The notes under the pieces were generated by a model. It had not been told where the DNA came from. It worked only from the letters and a program-made list of their open reading frames with translations, and made no database searches. Of a stretch of DNA of 62,761 bases, positions 44,212 through 54,460 are shown piece after piece (positions within the stretch are counted from its first letter, which is position 1; every line of letters starts with the position of its first letter). Position numbers and translations under genes: made by a program. Origin of the DNA: Streptosporangiaceae bacterium (GTDB lineage: Bacteria; Actinomycetota; Actinomycetes; Streptosporangiales; Streptosporangiaceae); the NCBI GenBank assembly GCA_050010815.1, contig JBEKKH010000001.1:1-62761 (forward strand). The letters are read 5' to 3'.

Positions 44212-45840
44212 CTAAGCCCGTCCTGGCCTAGCGGCCCGCCGTAGCCAGGCCAGGACGGGCTTGGTGTCACCGTGGTCCAGGACGTAGGCCACCGCGCCGA
44301 ACGCGATGACCGCGCAGCTGGCCGCGACCACGGCGGTACCGGCCGCCAGCAGCTTGCCGCCCACCGGCGCGGCCAGGCAGATGCTCACGCCCACGGCGGC
44401 GCTGACCGCTCCGGCCGCCAGCCCGGCCAGGGTCGCGCGGCGGACGCCCTGCAGCGCCGCCCGGCCGCAGATCCGGCGGGTCGCTATCACCACCGGGACG
44501 GCCACCACGGTCTCGCCGATCGTGTACCCCAGGGCGAGCGCGGCCACGACCAGCCGGGCCGGAGCCAGCTCGGCCAGGACCACGTCGGCCGCGATCACCA
44601 GCAGCGAGCTTCCGGCCAGCGCCGCGGCCGCGACCTTGAGCCGCCCGATCGCGAACATCACCCGCGACAGGTTCGTGATCACCGCGACGCCCGCGATGCC
44701 GGGCGCGAACAAGACGAACGCCTCTATCAGCTCGGGCCTTTGATCCGGTTGCCGGGCCAGGACATGAGCGGCGGGAATGGCGATCGCCGCGATCACGGCG
44801 GTGCCGAGCCAGGACAGCAGCAAGACCGCCCGGGTCGAGCCCGCGCAGGTCCGGTCGAACACCGGCCCGTCCCGGGCGGCCAGGACCGGGAACACGCTGA
44901 CCACGACGGAGGTGGCCAGGACCGAGGAGACCGAGCTGAACACCTGCCAGGCGTAGTTGTAGATGACGATCGCGCCCGTGGACCCGCGTCCGTTGGCCAG
45001 GGTGATGGTGACCACGGAGGACAGGTCGATGACGACGAGCTCGACCACGCCGACGAGCGCCAGGCCGCCCGCCCGGCGGGCCACCCCGGGCGGGAACCGC
45101 AGCGCGGGCCGGAACCGCAGGTGCAGCCGCCACGTCGGCACTACGCCCACGGCCACCAGCGCGGCGATGCCCAGCGTGGTGCCCGCCGACAAGACCAGCT
45201 CGGCTGACAGCGGCATCTCCGATAGCGGGAGCCCCCGGCTCAGGGGCACGAAGGCCAGGCAGGCCGCGATCACCACGAGGCTGGCGACGGCCGGCCCGAG
45301 GGCGGGTCCGGTGAACCGGCGGTACGCCTGCAGCAGGCCGTAGAGGACGACCGATAGCCCGTACAGGAGGACCTGCGGGGCGAACACCTGAAGCATGTGA
45401 CCGGTGGCGTTGACTACGTCGGCCCGGACGCAGTGCGCGTTCTTATTGCCGGGATTCAGCAGCGAGGCGATCGGCCCGGCCAGCGCCGCGACCACCAGGG
45501 TCAGCGGCACCAAGATGACCACAGACCAGGTCAGCAGCGCCGAGGAAATCTGGCCGACGCGTGCCTTTTCCGCCGGATCGGCCGCTGACCGCTCGGCCGG
45601 GCGTGCCAGTACCGGGATCATCGCGCTGGTCAGCGCGCCGCCGAGGACCAGTTCGTAGACCAGGCTCGGCACCTGGTTCGCGGTGACGTAGGCCGTGCCC
45701 AGGCAGCTCGCCCCGACGGTCTGCGAGAACACCAGCGTGCGGATGAGCCCGAACAGCCGGGACAGCAGGGTCAGGCCCGCTATCAGCGCGGCCCCGCGGG
45801 CGATGCCCGCGGCGGGCCGCTGCGCCAGATCAGAGGTCAC
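44212..45840 (-). CDS. murJ: Lipid II flippase MurJ/MviN family
   Basis: LSRLFGLIRTLVFSQTVGASCLGTAYVTANQVPSLVYELVLGGALTSAMIPVLAR, about 14 TM segments. Confidence 0.8.
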   Translation of the reverse strand: MTSDLAQRPAAGIARGAALIAGLTLLSRLFGLIRTLVFSQTVGASCLGTAYVTANQVPSLVYELVLGGALTSAMIPVLARPAERSAADPAEKARVGQISSALLTWSVVILVPLTLVVAALAGPIASLLNPGNKNAHCVRADVVNATGHMLQVFAPQVLLYGLSVVLYGLLQAYRRFTGPALGPAVASLVVIAACLAFVPLSRGLPLSEMPLSAELVLSAGTTLGIAALVAVGVVPTWRLHLRFRPALRFPPGVARRAGGLALVGVVELVVIDLSSVVTITLANGRGSTGAIVIYNYAWQVFSSVSSVLATSVVVSVFPVLAARDGPVFDRTCAGSTRAVLLLSWLGTAVIAAIAIPAAHVLARQPDQRPELIEAFVLFAPGIAGVAVITNLSRVMFAIGRLKVAAAALAGSSLLVIAADVVLAELAPARLVVAALALGYTIGETVVAVPVVIATRRICGRAALQGVRRATLAGLAAGAVSAAVGVSICLAAPVGGKLLAAGTAVVAASCAVIAFGAVAYVLDHGDTKPVLAWLRRAARPGRA

Positions 45841-46085
45841 GGCACCGCCAGGCCCCCACCCGCTAGTTTGCTCATCCCGGGCGCGGATCGCCGCGGGCCA
45901 GCCGCCGGCCCGCGGCGCAGGATCCGCGATCGGCCACGATACGGCACGCTAACGGGACGCACGATGCATCTGACGGAATTACCTGGCCGGGGTGTTCGCG
46001 GCGGCCCGGACCGACGGCAGGACAACTCAACGGTGTGAAAGATAAAGACATCACAGGCTGAGCCCGACCTTAGCTAAGCCTGGAC

Positions 46086-48110
46086 ATGGACGAGAGAAGG
46101 CACCGACGATATGTTGTGCCTAGTGATTTTATCCAGTTCGGCCTGCGCGAGATGGGGGAGGGCGCGGTGAGAACTTCGATTGTCGGGCTGCAAGGTGACC
46201 TGGTCGGCATGCGCTTCGCGATCGGCGAGGCGCCGGTCACGTTTGGCCGTGAGGAGGACAACGACGTCGTTATCAACGATCCCCTGGCCTCACGCTGGCA
46301 CGCCGAGCTCCGGCAGGAGGCCGACGGCTATGTCCTCACCGACCGGCACAGCAGCAATGGCACCTGGCTGAACGGTGCCACCATTACCACTCACTATCTC
46401 CGGTCAGGCGACGAGATCACGATCGGCGACCAAAAGTTCCGCTTCGAGGTGTCGGATCCACGAGCCACGATTCAGCGCACAGGCCCGGGGTCGCCCGTTG
46501 GGTCGTCCGCCGAGCCGTTCGATCCCGCGTCCGTCTTGAGGGTTATCGTCAGCGGTGGCGGCCCCGTCGGCCTGACCTTCGCATTGCTGCTGGCAGACCT
46601 GATGGGACCGAGAGTGGCCATCAGGATCCACAACGGCCGCTGGAAGCGCGACGGCGACCAGGTGGTGTGGAAGGGACCGGAAGAGCGCAACACGCGGCGC
46701 CAGCAGGTTGTGACCATTCAGAGCCGCCAGTACCTCAAGCTCCCGCAGGAGATGCAGGACCATCTGTTCACCGCTGGTAACTTCACTGAGACATGGCCCA
46801 AGGGGCCTGACTCGATCCGCGACCACGGCCCGCGCAATATCCGCATCGCCCACGTTGAGGACCGCCTACTCGACCTCGCCAACCGCAAGCGCGGCCAGAT
46901 CGAGCTCATCCCTGAGCCTTTCGACGCTGAATCGGCCCACGAGGAGATAGCCGACGCGCACGTGCTGGCGATCTGCGAGGGCAGCCGGTCCCGCACACTC
47001 ACGCATTTCTCCGGTAAGTTCGGCGCGGCCGATCCGACCTTTTACGGGCTCGACGGCGAGCAGGTCGCCGACATGGTGCTTGGCCTGCGGGTGAAGTCGC
47101 TGCTGCCCGACCCTATGGCGGTCCTGCTGACGGTGGCGCAGAACCGGTTCCTGCTGAACTCGCTGCGCGGCGAGGGATTCCTGAACGTGCGGCTCACCAC
47201 CCAGGAGGCGAAGGAAGCCGTCGGGATCGACCCGATCAGGCAGCTGTTCACCGGTTGCATCCAGACCGAGCCCTGCTTGCTTGAGCGCGCCCCGGGCGGG
47301 GAGTTCATATGTGGCACGCACCACACCTTGTTCCTGCCGGCCTTGCTGCGAGGGTCGGCGTTCTGGTCGCGGATGCTGGAAGGGCTCGCGCTGTTCGGCG
47401 TCCCGGCGGAGAACCTGACCGCCGTGACCGCCTTCCAGCTGAGCATGGTGCAACGGCCGCGGTTCTCGGTCCGGTTGTTCCCGCGCACCCCGACGACGCC
47501 GGGTACGTTCGGCTTCCTGCTTGGCGATGCGGCCAACGCCATCCACTTCTGGCCCGGGCGCGGCCTGAACAGCGGGCTGGCGTCGGCGATCTCCCTGGCC
47601 CGGTGCCTGGCCAAGCCCCGGAGCGGCGCGCCGCTGCGGGACGCCGACTTCGTCCGGCATGAGGCCGTGATGTCCATGCTGCAGTACCGGCACAAGAGCC
47701 GGGCCTGGCTGCAGATGGTCACCGCCGATGACAACGGTAACTTCCGCGCGATCAAGGACATCATCGCGCAGGGCATTGCCGAGGGCGACGAAGGGAACTA
47801 CGACCTGGCGGCCGACCGTGACGCGCTGCTGCGTCGGCTGTTCCAGATCCGGGAGCGCTTGACATCGCGCATCGAGGGATTGCCCGACGACGCCAAGCTG
47901 CGCACGCACCTGGATTCGCTCAGCGGTCCGCTGATCCATACCCTGCTGGTCAGCGGCCCGTGGGACACCGCGAACGTCGGCGGTGAAGAGGTCGATGTCG
48001 ACTGGCTCTTCACCGAACCGCAGGCGGGGCAGTCGGCCGTCTCCAGCCAGTCGCCCCGTCTGCTCAGTGAACCCAACACCGCCCCTAGCTCCCAGCTCGC
48101 ACACCAGTAG
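46086..48110 (+). CDS. FHA domain fused to a group-A flavoprotein monooxygenase-like domain
   Basis: FHA signature: TFGREEDNDVVINDPLASRWHAEL...SSNGTWLNG. FAD fold: VIVSGGGPVGLTFALLLADL and LLGDAANAIHFWPGRGLNSGLASA. The start may instead be the GTG at 46167, which has a GGGGGAGGG RBS. Confidence 0.8.
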   Translation: MDERRHRRYVVPSDFIQFGLREMGEGAVRTSIVGLQGDLVGMRFAIGEAPVTFGREEDNDVVINDPLASRWHAELRQEADGYVLTDRHSSNGTWLNGATITTHYLRSGDEITIGDQKFRFEVSDPRATIQRTGPGSPVGSSAEPFDPASVLRVIVSGGGPVGLTFALLLADLMGPRVAIRIHNGRWKRDGDQVVWKGPEERNTRRQQVVTIQSRQYLKLPQEMQDHLFTAGNFTETWPKGPDSIRDHGPRNIRIAHVEDRLLDLANRKRGQIELIPEPFDAESAHEEIADAHVLAICEGSRSRTLTHFSGKFGAADPTFYGLDGEQVADMVLGLRVKSLLPDPMAVLLTVAQNRFLLNSLRGEGFLNVRLTTQEAKEAVGIDPIRQLFTGCIQTEPCLLERAPGGEFICGTHHTLFLPALLRGSAFWSRMLEGLALFGVPAENLTAVTAFQLSMVQRPRFSVRLFPRTPTTPGTFGFLLGDAANAIHFWPGRGLNSGLASAISLARCLAKPRSGAPLRDADFVRHEAVMSMLQYRHKSRAWLQMVTADDNGNFRAIKDIIAQGIAEGDEGNYDLAADRDALLRRLFQIRERLTSRIEGLPDDAKLRTHLDSLSGPLIHTLLVSGPWDTANVGGEEVDVDWLFTEPQAGQSAVSSQSPRLLSEPNTAPSSQLAHQ

Positions 48111-48141
48111 CGGGAGCGAGCCGGCGGCCTAGCGCGCAAAC

Positions 48142-49479
48142 TTAGTGGGCGGCTCCGTATCGCAGGCCGAAATCAGCCGAAGAGTGATAGACGGTGAACA
48201 TCTTCGGGAGCACAAAGATGGCCAAGATGGCGAGCACGATGATCGCCACGACGACGGCCACGATGATAAGCGTGCGGCGGCGGTCTGAGGACGGGCGCGC
48301 CGGTATCACGGCCGCGGTCTGAGGGCTGGCGGTCTGAGGGCTGGCGGTCTGAGGGCTGGCGGCGATTCCCCCGGTTCCCTGGGTGGGGGCGTGGGACAGC
48401 GGGTATTCACGCTCTCCGGTGACAATCCCGGACTCGGCAGGCGCGATGGTAGGCGAGGCACGCCTAGGTCCCGACGGGTATCCAGCGGCGCTGATGATCG
48501 GCCCGGCATCCATGATGGGGACCTGCTCGGCCGACATCCAGCCCGGGCCCCAAGCCTGAGTGCCCGCTTCAGCTAGTGCCGTTCCGAAGGATTCGGCCGT
48601 CCCGAACCGATCGGCCGACTCGGTCGCCAGCCCCCGCATCACCGCCGCCGCCACTGGCTCCGGCACGCCGGGCGCCACCTCGCGGAGCGGTACGGGCTGC
48701 TCATAAGCGTGCTGGAAGAGCAGCGCCATGTCATCCTCCACGTCGGGGAAGGGCAGGACGCCGGCCAGCAGCTCGTACAGCATCGTCGCCACCGCGTACA
48801 CATCGGTCGCGGGCGATAGGTCCCCGCCGCGTGCTTGTTCCGGGGCCATGTACGCCGGCGTTCCGATCACGTCGCCGCGGCGGGTGAGGACGGTGCCCGG
48901 ACCGCCGAGCACCTTGGCGATACCGAAATCGGCGACCTTCAGGACCTCGCTGGCGGAGAAGAGCATGTTCTCGGGCTTGACGTCGCGGTGCAGCACCCCG
49001 TGCCGGTGCGCCGCGCTGAGTCCGCTCAGGCAGGCCAGCGACACCGCCACCGCATGCGGACCGGTGAAGCCGCCTGCAGCAGTGACCTGGCTTCGCAGGG
49101 TCCCGCCGGGAAGGAATTCCATCACGAGCAGGCAGATGCCCTCGCGTTCGACGAAGTCGTAAACGGGCACGACATGAGGATGATCGAGGGAGGCAAGGAC
49201 GCGGGCCTCCGATATGAAACGGCGCCGAACCGCCGGGTCGGCGGCAAAGGCCACCGGAAGCTGCTTGATCGCCACCCGCCGGTCAAGCTGCCGGTGCTGG
49301 CCAGAGACCACTACCCCCATGCCACCGGAGCCCAGCTCCTCGCCGATGTCATATGCCGGCAGCGCGTTACTGAGTAGCTCGCGGTCAAAGCTCATGAGAC
49401 GGGCCGCCCTTTCTGCAGGCGGCTGAATCGGGCCCAGGCTCCCAATGGCGGAGATCCGCGAGCCGACCTGCCCGATCAT
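48142..49479 (-). CDS. Ser/Thr protein kinase, C-terminally membrane-anchored
   Basis: GSGGMGVV, VAIK, HRDVKPENML, DFGIAK and GTPAYMAPE. The C-terminal TM helix TLIIVAVVVAIIVLAILAIFVL leaves only about 20 residues beyond it. An alternative ATG start is at 49395. Confidence 0.9.
   Translation of the reverse strand: MIGQVGSRISAIGSLGPIQPPAERAARLMSFDRELLSNALPAYDIGEELGSGGMGVVVSGQHRQLDRRVAIKQLPVAFAADPAVRRRFISEARVLASLDHPHVVPVYDFVEREGICLLVMEFLPGGTLRSQVTAAGGFTGPHAVAVSLACLSGLSAAHRHGVLHRDVKPENMLFSASEVLKVADFGIAKVLGGPGTVLTRRGDVIGTPAYMAPEQARGGDLSPATDVYAVATMLYELLAGVLPFPDVEDDMALLFQHAYEQPVPLREVAPGVPEPVAAAVMRGLATESADRFGTAESFGTALAEAGTQAWGPGWMSAEQVPIMDAGPIISAAGYPSGPRRASPTIAPAESGIVTGEREYPLSHAPTQGTGGIAASPQTASPQTASPQTAAVIPARPSSDRRRTLIIVAVVVAIIVLAILAIFVLPKMFTVYHSSADFGLRYGAAH
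48314..48358 (-). repeat. 15-bp in-frame tandem repeat, 3 copies, in the kinase linker
   Basis: GCGGTCTGAGGGCTG three times, encoding (SPQTA)3. Confidence 0.9.
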
Positions 49480-49568
49480 AGCCCCCAGGACTGCGGGTTT
49501 TCATTTTCGGCCCCCCAGCGTGCCGTCAGTCACGGGACCGCCAGTCACACGGCACCGGCCGACCGGTC

Positions 49569-50612
49569 TCACCGTGCAACGCCCGGCCCGGTGAGCTCGA
49601 GGGTGAATACCTGCCGGCCGATGCGCAGGCTCCAGCCCGGGGGCAGCCGGCTCGGCTCCGTGCCTACCGGTGTCCACTCGCTGGCCCCCGGCGGGCTGAT
49701 ATAGGTCCCGTGGACCGAGGAGGCGTCGCGGACCAGGACGATCCCGTTCTCGACGGAGATGTAGGCGTGCACGCGCGAGATCATGTTGTCCGGATCCGGC
49801 ATCAGAACCGGTGAGGAAGCGCCGCTGACCACCGCGGGGTCCTGATGCGGCTCACGGCCGAGGACGTAGGCACGATCCAGGATGATGACCGGCCCCTGCT
49901 CCGACGTCAGCACGCCCAGCGGCGTCTTTGCCGCCACCGTGAGGCGGGCGGGCGGGATCTGGGCTTCCGGCGGCACCCCCGCCGCCACGGTAAGGCGGGC
50001 GGCCGGGGGCGTACCGGCGCGCTCGGGGCGCGAGCCCGTCTCCGCCAGGATGGTCGGCTTGCGAGCTTCGGCCGGAGCTGCCGCGGCCGGGACCGGTTCC
50101 GGACCGGGGGCGGCCGCGAGCCGGGTCAGGACGAAGCCCTGTCCGGGTACCACCCCGTCCCGCAGGTCTGACCACGGGTCTGCCTGCACGGCCTGGCCGG
50201 CCGTGCTGCCGATCGCAAGCCGCTCGAACGTGCCGGGGATGATTTGGTCTACCCAGGTCAGGGCCTGTTCTCCGGACAGCTGACGGACCGAGTCCGCCTC
50301 GGTGACCGCGCACCACACTGCGCCGCGCAAGAACGTGACGACGCCGTCAGCTACGGGTGTCACCATCCCGAACGCGGTGGCATCCGCGGGCATGCGGTCG
50401 ATAACCCAGGCGGCCAGCCGGGCCGCGATCGCGCTGGCCGGCCGTTGGCGGTCCGAGGCCACGTCGGCGGCCAGGCCGAGGAGCTCCCGGGCGGCCTCGT
50501 CAGCGCCGTCGGCGGCTGCGGCGTCCCGCGGGATCAAGATGACCGTGTCGCCGAACCGGCCGACGAGGCCGCGGCCTGGCTCGATGCCTATGCGCGTCGT
50601 CAACTGTTCCAT
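49569..50612 (-). CDS. Protein with an unknown N-terminal domain, a Pro-rich duplicated linker and a C-terminal FHA domain
   Basis: Real start is MEQLTTRIG (ATG at 50612, RBS GAGGGGAG). FHA signature: YVLGREPH...[10 protein letters not shown]...SSVHGTYI. The linker repeats [10 protein letters not shown] / PPARLTVAA. Confidence 0.8.
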   Translation of the reverse strand: MEQLTTRIGIEPGRGLVGRFGDTVILIPRDAAAADGADEAARELLGLAADVASDRQRPASAIAARLAAWVIDRMPADATAFGMVTPVADGVVTFLRGAVWCAVTEADSVRQLSGEQALTWVDQIIPGTFERLAIGSTAGQAVQADPWSDLRDGVVPGQGFVLTRLAAAPGPEPVPAAAAPAEARKPTILAETGSRPERAGTPPAARLTVAAGVPPEAQIPPARLTVAAKTPLGVLTSEQGPVIILDRAYVLGREPHQDPAVVSGASSPVLMPDPDNMISRVHAYISVENGIVLVRDASSVHGTYISPPGASEWTPVGTEPSRLPPGWSLRIGRQVFTLELTGPGVAR

Positions 50613-50665
50613 CGCGCTCCCCTCTTCGCAGTTGGCAGCGGACCCCGGGGCATCGGTGAAGGTAG

Positions 50666-51226
50666 TCAGGAGTGCACCCCCTTGGTGGCGAACAGCCACA
50701 GCGCCGAGGTCGCCCACAGCGCGATCAGCGACACGAAGACCACGCCGCCCATGACCGGAAGGACCCACTTGGGCATGGCGTCGCGCCGGACGAGACATAG
50801 CATCTTGGTCACGAACGCGCCGTAGAAGATGCAGCCGAGCACCGAGTGCGCGATCACGCGGGCTGAGTAAGTCCCGAAGCCTAGCGCGTAGATGCAGTGG
50901 ATGATGACCGGCACCGTGAGCAGGATCGCGATCCGGCCCGACCAGCGGTGCACGATGGCCATCCAGGCCGGGGCGGCCCGCCGGGTGATCCGGGCACCGG
51001 TGATGAGCTGGACGATCGCGAACACGACCGCGACGGTAGTCAGCCAGGCTTTGGCGTACAACGGCGAGGAGAAGCCGCCGACGTCGAGCGCGTACTTGGT
51101 CGGATGGTGCAGCTTGGCGTACAAGCCCAGCACCAAGGCGATCCCGCAACCGCTGAGCAGGGCCACCAGGAGCGGCTTGGCGTACTGGTCACGGGCGGGG
51201 TACGCCGCCACTGGTTCGCTCGTCAT
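50666..51226 (-). CDS. Polytopic membrane protein (resembles the actinobacterial DUF6529 family, from memory)
   Basis: 186 aa starting at [10 protein letters not shown], with 5 predicted TM helices and His residues inside or at helices ([22 protein letters not shown]). Confidence 0.65.
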   Translation of the reverse strand: MTSEPVAAYPARDQYAKPLLVALLSGCGIALVLGLYAKLHHPTKYALDVGGFSSPLYAKAWLTTVAVVFAIVQLITGARITRRAAPAWMAIVHRWSGRIAILLTVPVIIHCIYALGFGTYSARVIAHSVLGCIFYGAFVTKMLCLVRRDAMPKWVLPVMGGVVFVSLIALWATSALWLFATKGVHS

Positions 51227-51269
51227 CGCGGTTCCTTTCACAGGCCGGGTGGCTGCGCCACCTCGGGTC

Positions 51270-52184
51270 TCACGGGCTGACGACGGTGTCTTGGCCGGCG
51301 ACGGGGGCGGCGGTGAAGCTGGAGCCGTCCAGCGCGAAGCCGTTGGTGCTGAGGTTGAGCGGCGGTGCCGGGTATTTGGTCGTGCCCGCGACGGCCACTC
51401 CGACCTGCGTCCCGTCGGGCAGCACCGCCCAGCCGATGCGTGTGGCCAGCCCGTTGACCGCAATCCGGGCCTGGTAGACGCCGGCTGGGCGCGGGGACAG
51501 CTCGGCTGAGAACGGGAAGCTCAGCCCGGCGCCCGCCGTGACCGTACCGAACATGTCCAGGCCGGACAGGGAGCCGGTCAGCCTGGCCCCCTTGTTGCCG
51601 GCCAGGCTGACCTGGTTGCCGTTCACCGAGCCCTGCAACCAGGCCTCGATGGTCTTGCCGTTGCAGATGTAGGCCGCAGCCTTGTCGCCTTCGGTGTCGA
51701 CCGCCAGCGTCACTTGGTTGCCGCTGCTCCGGCCGGTGTACACCGCTTGCACGACGGCCTGCGCGGCGGAGAACGGGAAGCTTTGCCCCAAGAATCCCGT
51801 GACCGTGCCGAACATATTCTGGCCGGAGATCGAACCGGTCAGGCCCGGGCCGTTCTGGCTGGTCAGGGCGAACTTGCCACCGTTCACCGAACCCTGCAGC
51901 GACACTTCGCTGGCCTGGCCGGCGTTCAGGTCGGCGGCGACCTTGTGCCCGTTGATAGCGATCGCCACGGTCACCTGGTCACCGCTGCTCCGGCCCGCGT
52001 ACAGGGCATGCAGCGGGGCCGCTGTCGTGGCCGGCCCTGTCGTGGCCGGCCCTGTCGTGGCCGGCCCTGTCGTGGCCGGCCCTGTCGTGCTGCCCGGCTT
52101 GGCCACCTGGGTGTTGGCCAGAAGGAATACCACGGCGAGCACCAGCACGGAGCCCAGCGTGATCAGGGGTCCTTGTCTGGTCAT
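51270..52184 (-). CDS. N-terminally anchored extracytoplasmic protein with three tandem copies of an unknown module of about 90 aa
   Basis: TM helix [16 protein letters not shown], (GPATT)4, then two clear repeats ([39 protein letters not shown] and [39 protein letters not shown]) plus a degenerate third. An alternative GTG start is at 52202. Confidence 0.7.
   Translation of the reverse strand: MTRQGPLITLGSVLVLAVVFLLANTQVAKPGSTTGPATTGPATTGPATTGPATTAAPLHALYAGRSSGDQVTVAIAINGHKVAADLNAGQASEVSLQGSVNGGKFALTSQNGPGLTGSISGQNMFGTVTGFLGQSFPFSAAQAVVQAVYTGRSSGNQVTLAVDTEGDKAAAYICNGKTIEAWLQGSVNGNQVSLAGNKGARLTGSLSGLDMFGTVTAGAGLSFPFSAELSPRPAGVYQARIAVNGLATRIGWAVLPDGTQVGVAVAGTTKYPAPPLNLSTNGFALDGSSFTAAPVAGQDTVVSP
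52023..52090 (-). repeat. 15-bp in-frame tandem repeat, 4.5 copies
   Basis: TGTCGTGGCCGGCCC four times, encoding (GPATT)4. Confidence 0.9.
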
Positions 52185-52584
52185 TCCCTTACCGCCTCTC
52201 ACCCTCAGTCGCGGTAATGCCGACGATTACATTCCCGGCGCCGTTCACGGCGCGCTACGTTAAGACCGGAGCTGATCTCTCGACACGGGTCGAGAAACGC
52301 GAGTGGCGGTACAGGAAAGAAATACTGTTCTTGTAAGCACCCGAATACACACAGTGCCTGTTAGCTGTCTTGACCGAGCTGAAGCGGGGTAAGGACGCCT
52401 TGGCGCCGATATCGACAGCGACCCGTTCCCGGCCAGCCAGTCTGGATCATTGGTCACACCAGGAACCCGTGGTACGCCGCGATAAACGTACCGCTGGATC
52501 GGGGATCCAACATCGAGTGGCCACCGAGATCACCGAACTCGCCGCCCACTGACCGCCGAGGCACGCCTTACTGCGCCTGCCGAA

Positions 52585-52657
52585 CGTCGCTTAATACAAT
52601 CGAACCCCTCCATGCCCCTCCCCTGCGGCGAGTCAGCTTGTCCGGAAAGCTGATTTC
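52585..52657 (+). ncRNA. Candidate small RNA: two C-rich tracts followed by a terminator-like hairpin
   Basis: CCCCTCC (52605-11) and CCCCTCCCC (52615-23), then TCAGCTT-GTCCGGA-AAGCTGA-TTT (52633-52656). Lies inside a 555-bp non-coding, lower-GC gap. Confidence 0.25.
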
Positions 52658-52757
52658 GACGCGCAAGGCGAACTTTACACAGTCACCGGCCGCTGGTGAA
52701 GCGAAGTCTGCGGCAATTACCTCGGGATTGCGGCTAAGCCCCGACCTGCCGCTCTGG

Positions 52758-53246
52758 CTATAGTCCGGCGGCGGCGCGGACTAGGGGGAGGACGCGGTAG
52801 GGGACCTGGGCGGCCAGCGAGATCAACGTGGCCGAGCGGACCACACCCTCGGCGGACACGATCTTGTCGATCACGCGTTGCAGGTCCGCGTTGGAACGGG
52901 CCACCACCCGGCAGAGCATGTCACCCGCCCCGGTGATCGTGTGCACCTCGAGCACCTCGGGGATCGCGCTCAGCCGCTCCGCGACCGGATCGTGCCCGCC
53001 CGCCTGGCTGATCTCGATGGTGATGAACGCGGTGACCTCGTAGCCGAGCGCCGCCGGATCCACCTCGGGCCCGTAGCCGGTGATCACGCCCCGGTCGGTC
53101 ATCCGGTCCAGACGCGCCTGCACGGTGCCGCGCGCCACCCCGAGCCGCCGGGAGGCCTCGAGCACGCCCACCCTCGGCTCGGCCGCCAGCAGTTCGATGA
53201 GCGCCGCATCAAGCCGGTCGATCGCCTCCGGAGCACTGGTGGTCAT
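52758..53246 (-). CDS. Lrp/AsnC-family transcriptional regulator
   Basis: The last 162 codons of ORF 52758..54371: LDAALIELLAAEPRVGVLEASRRLGVARGTVQARLDRM plus a RAM domain. Confidence 0.9.
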   Translation of the reverse strand: MTTSAPEAIDRLDAALIELLAAEPRVGVLEASRRLGVARGTVQARLDRMTDRGVITGYGPEVDPAALGYEVTAFITIEISQAGGHDPVAERLSAIPEVLEVHTITGAGDMLCRVVARSNADLQRVIDKIVSAEGVVRSATLISLAAQVPYRVLPLVRAAAGL

Positions 53247-53300
53247 GTTGTACACATGTACCACTGCCCGTTCGGAATAAATAGGCAAGCTGACTAGTGA

Positions 53301-54455
<1,155 letters not shown>

Positions 54456-54460
54456 ATACC

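Noticed and set aside
44216-44260. 13-bp-arm inverted repeat GCCCGTCCTGGCC...GGCCAGGACGGGC as a terminator
   Set aside because: It lies inside the last codons of murJ, its loop is 19 nt, and no U-tract follows. A function is possible but unsupported.
49569-51463. Upstream extensions of ORFs 49569..51149 and 50666..51463
   Set aside because: These are Arg-rich non-coding frames. The real starts, supported by an RBS and by hydrophobicity or domain content, are at 50612 and 51226.
52585-52657. Calling the C-rich element a bona fide 6C RNA
   Set aside because: The two C-rich tracts are present, but I could not draw the canonical two-hairpin 6C fold by eye. It is kept only as a low-confidence sRNA candidate.
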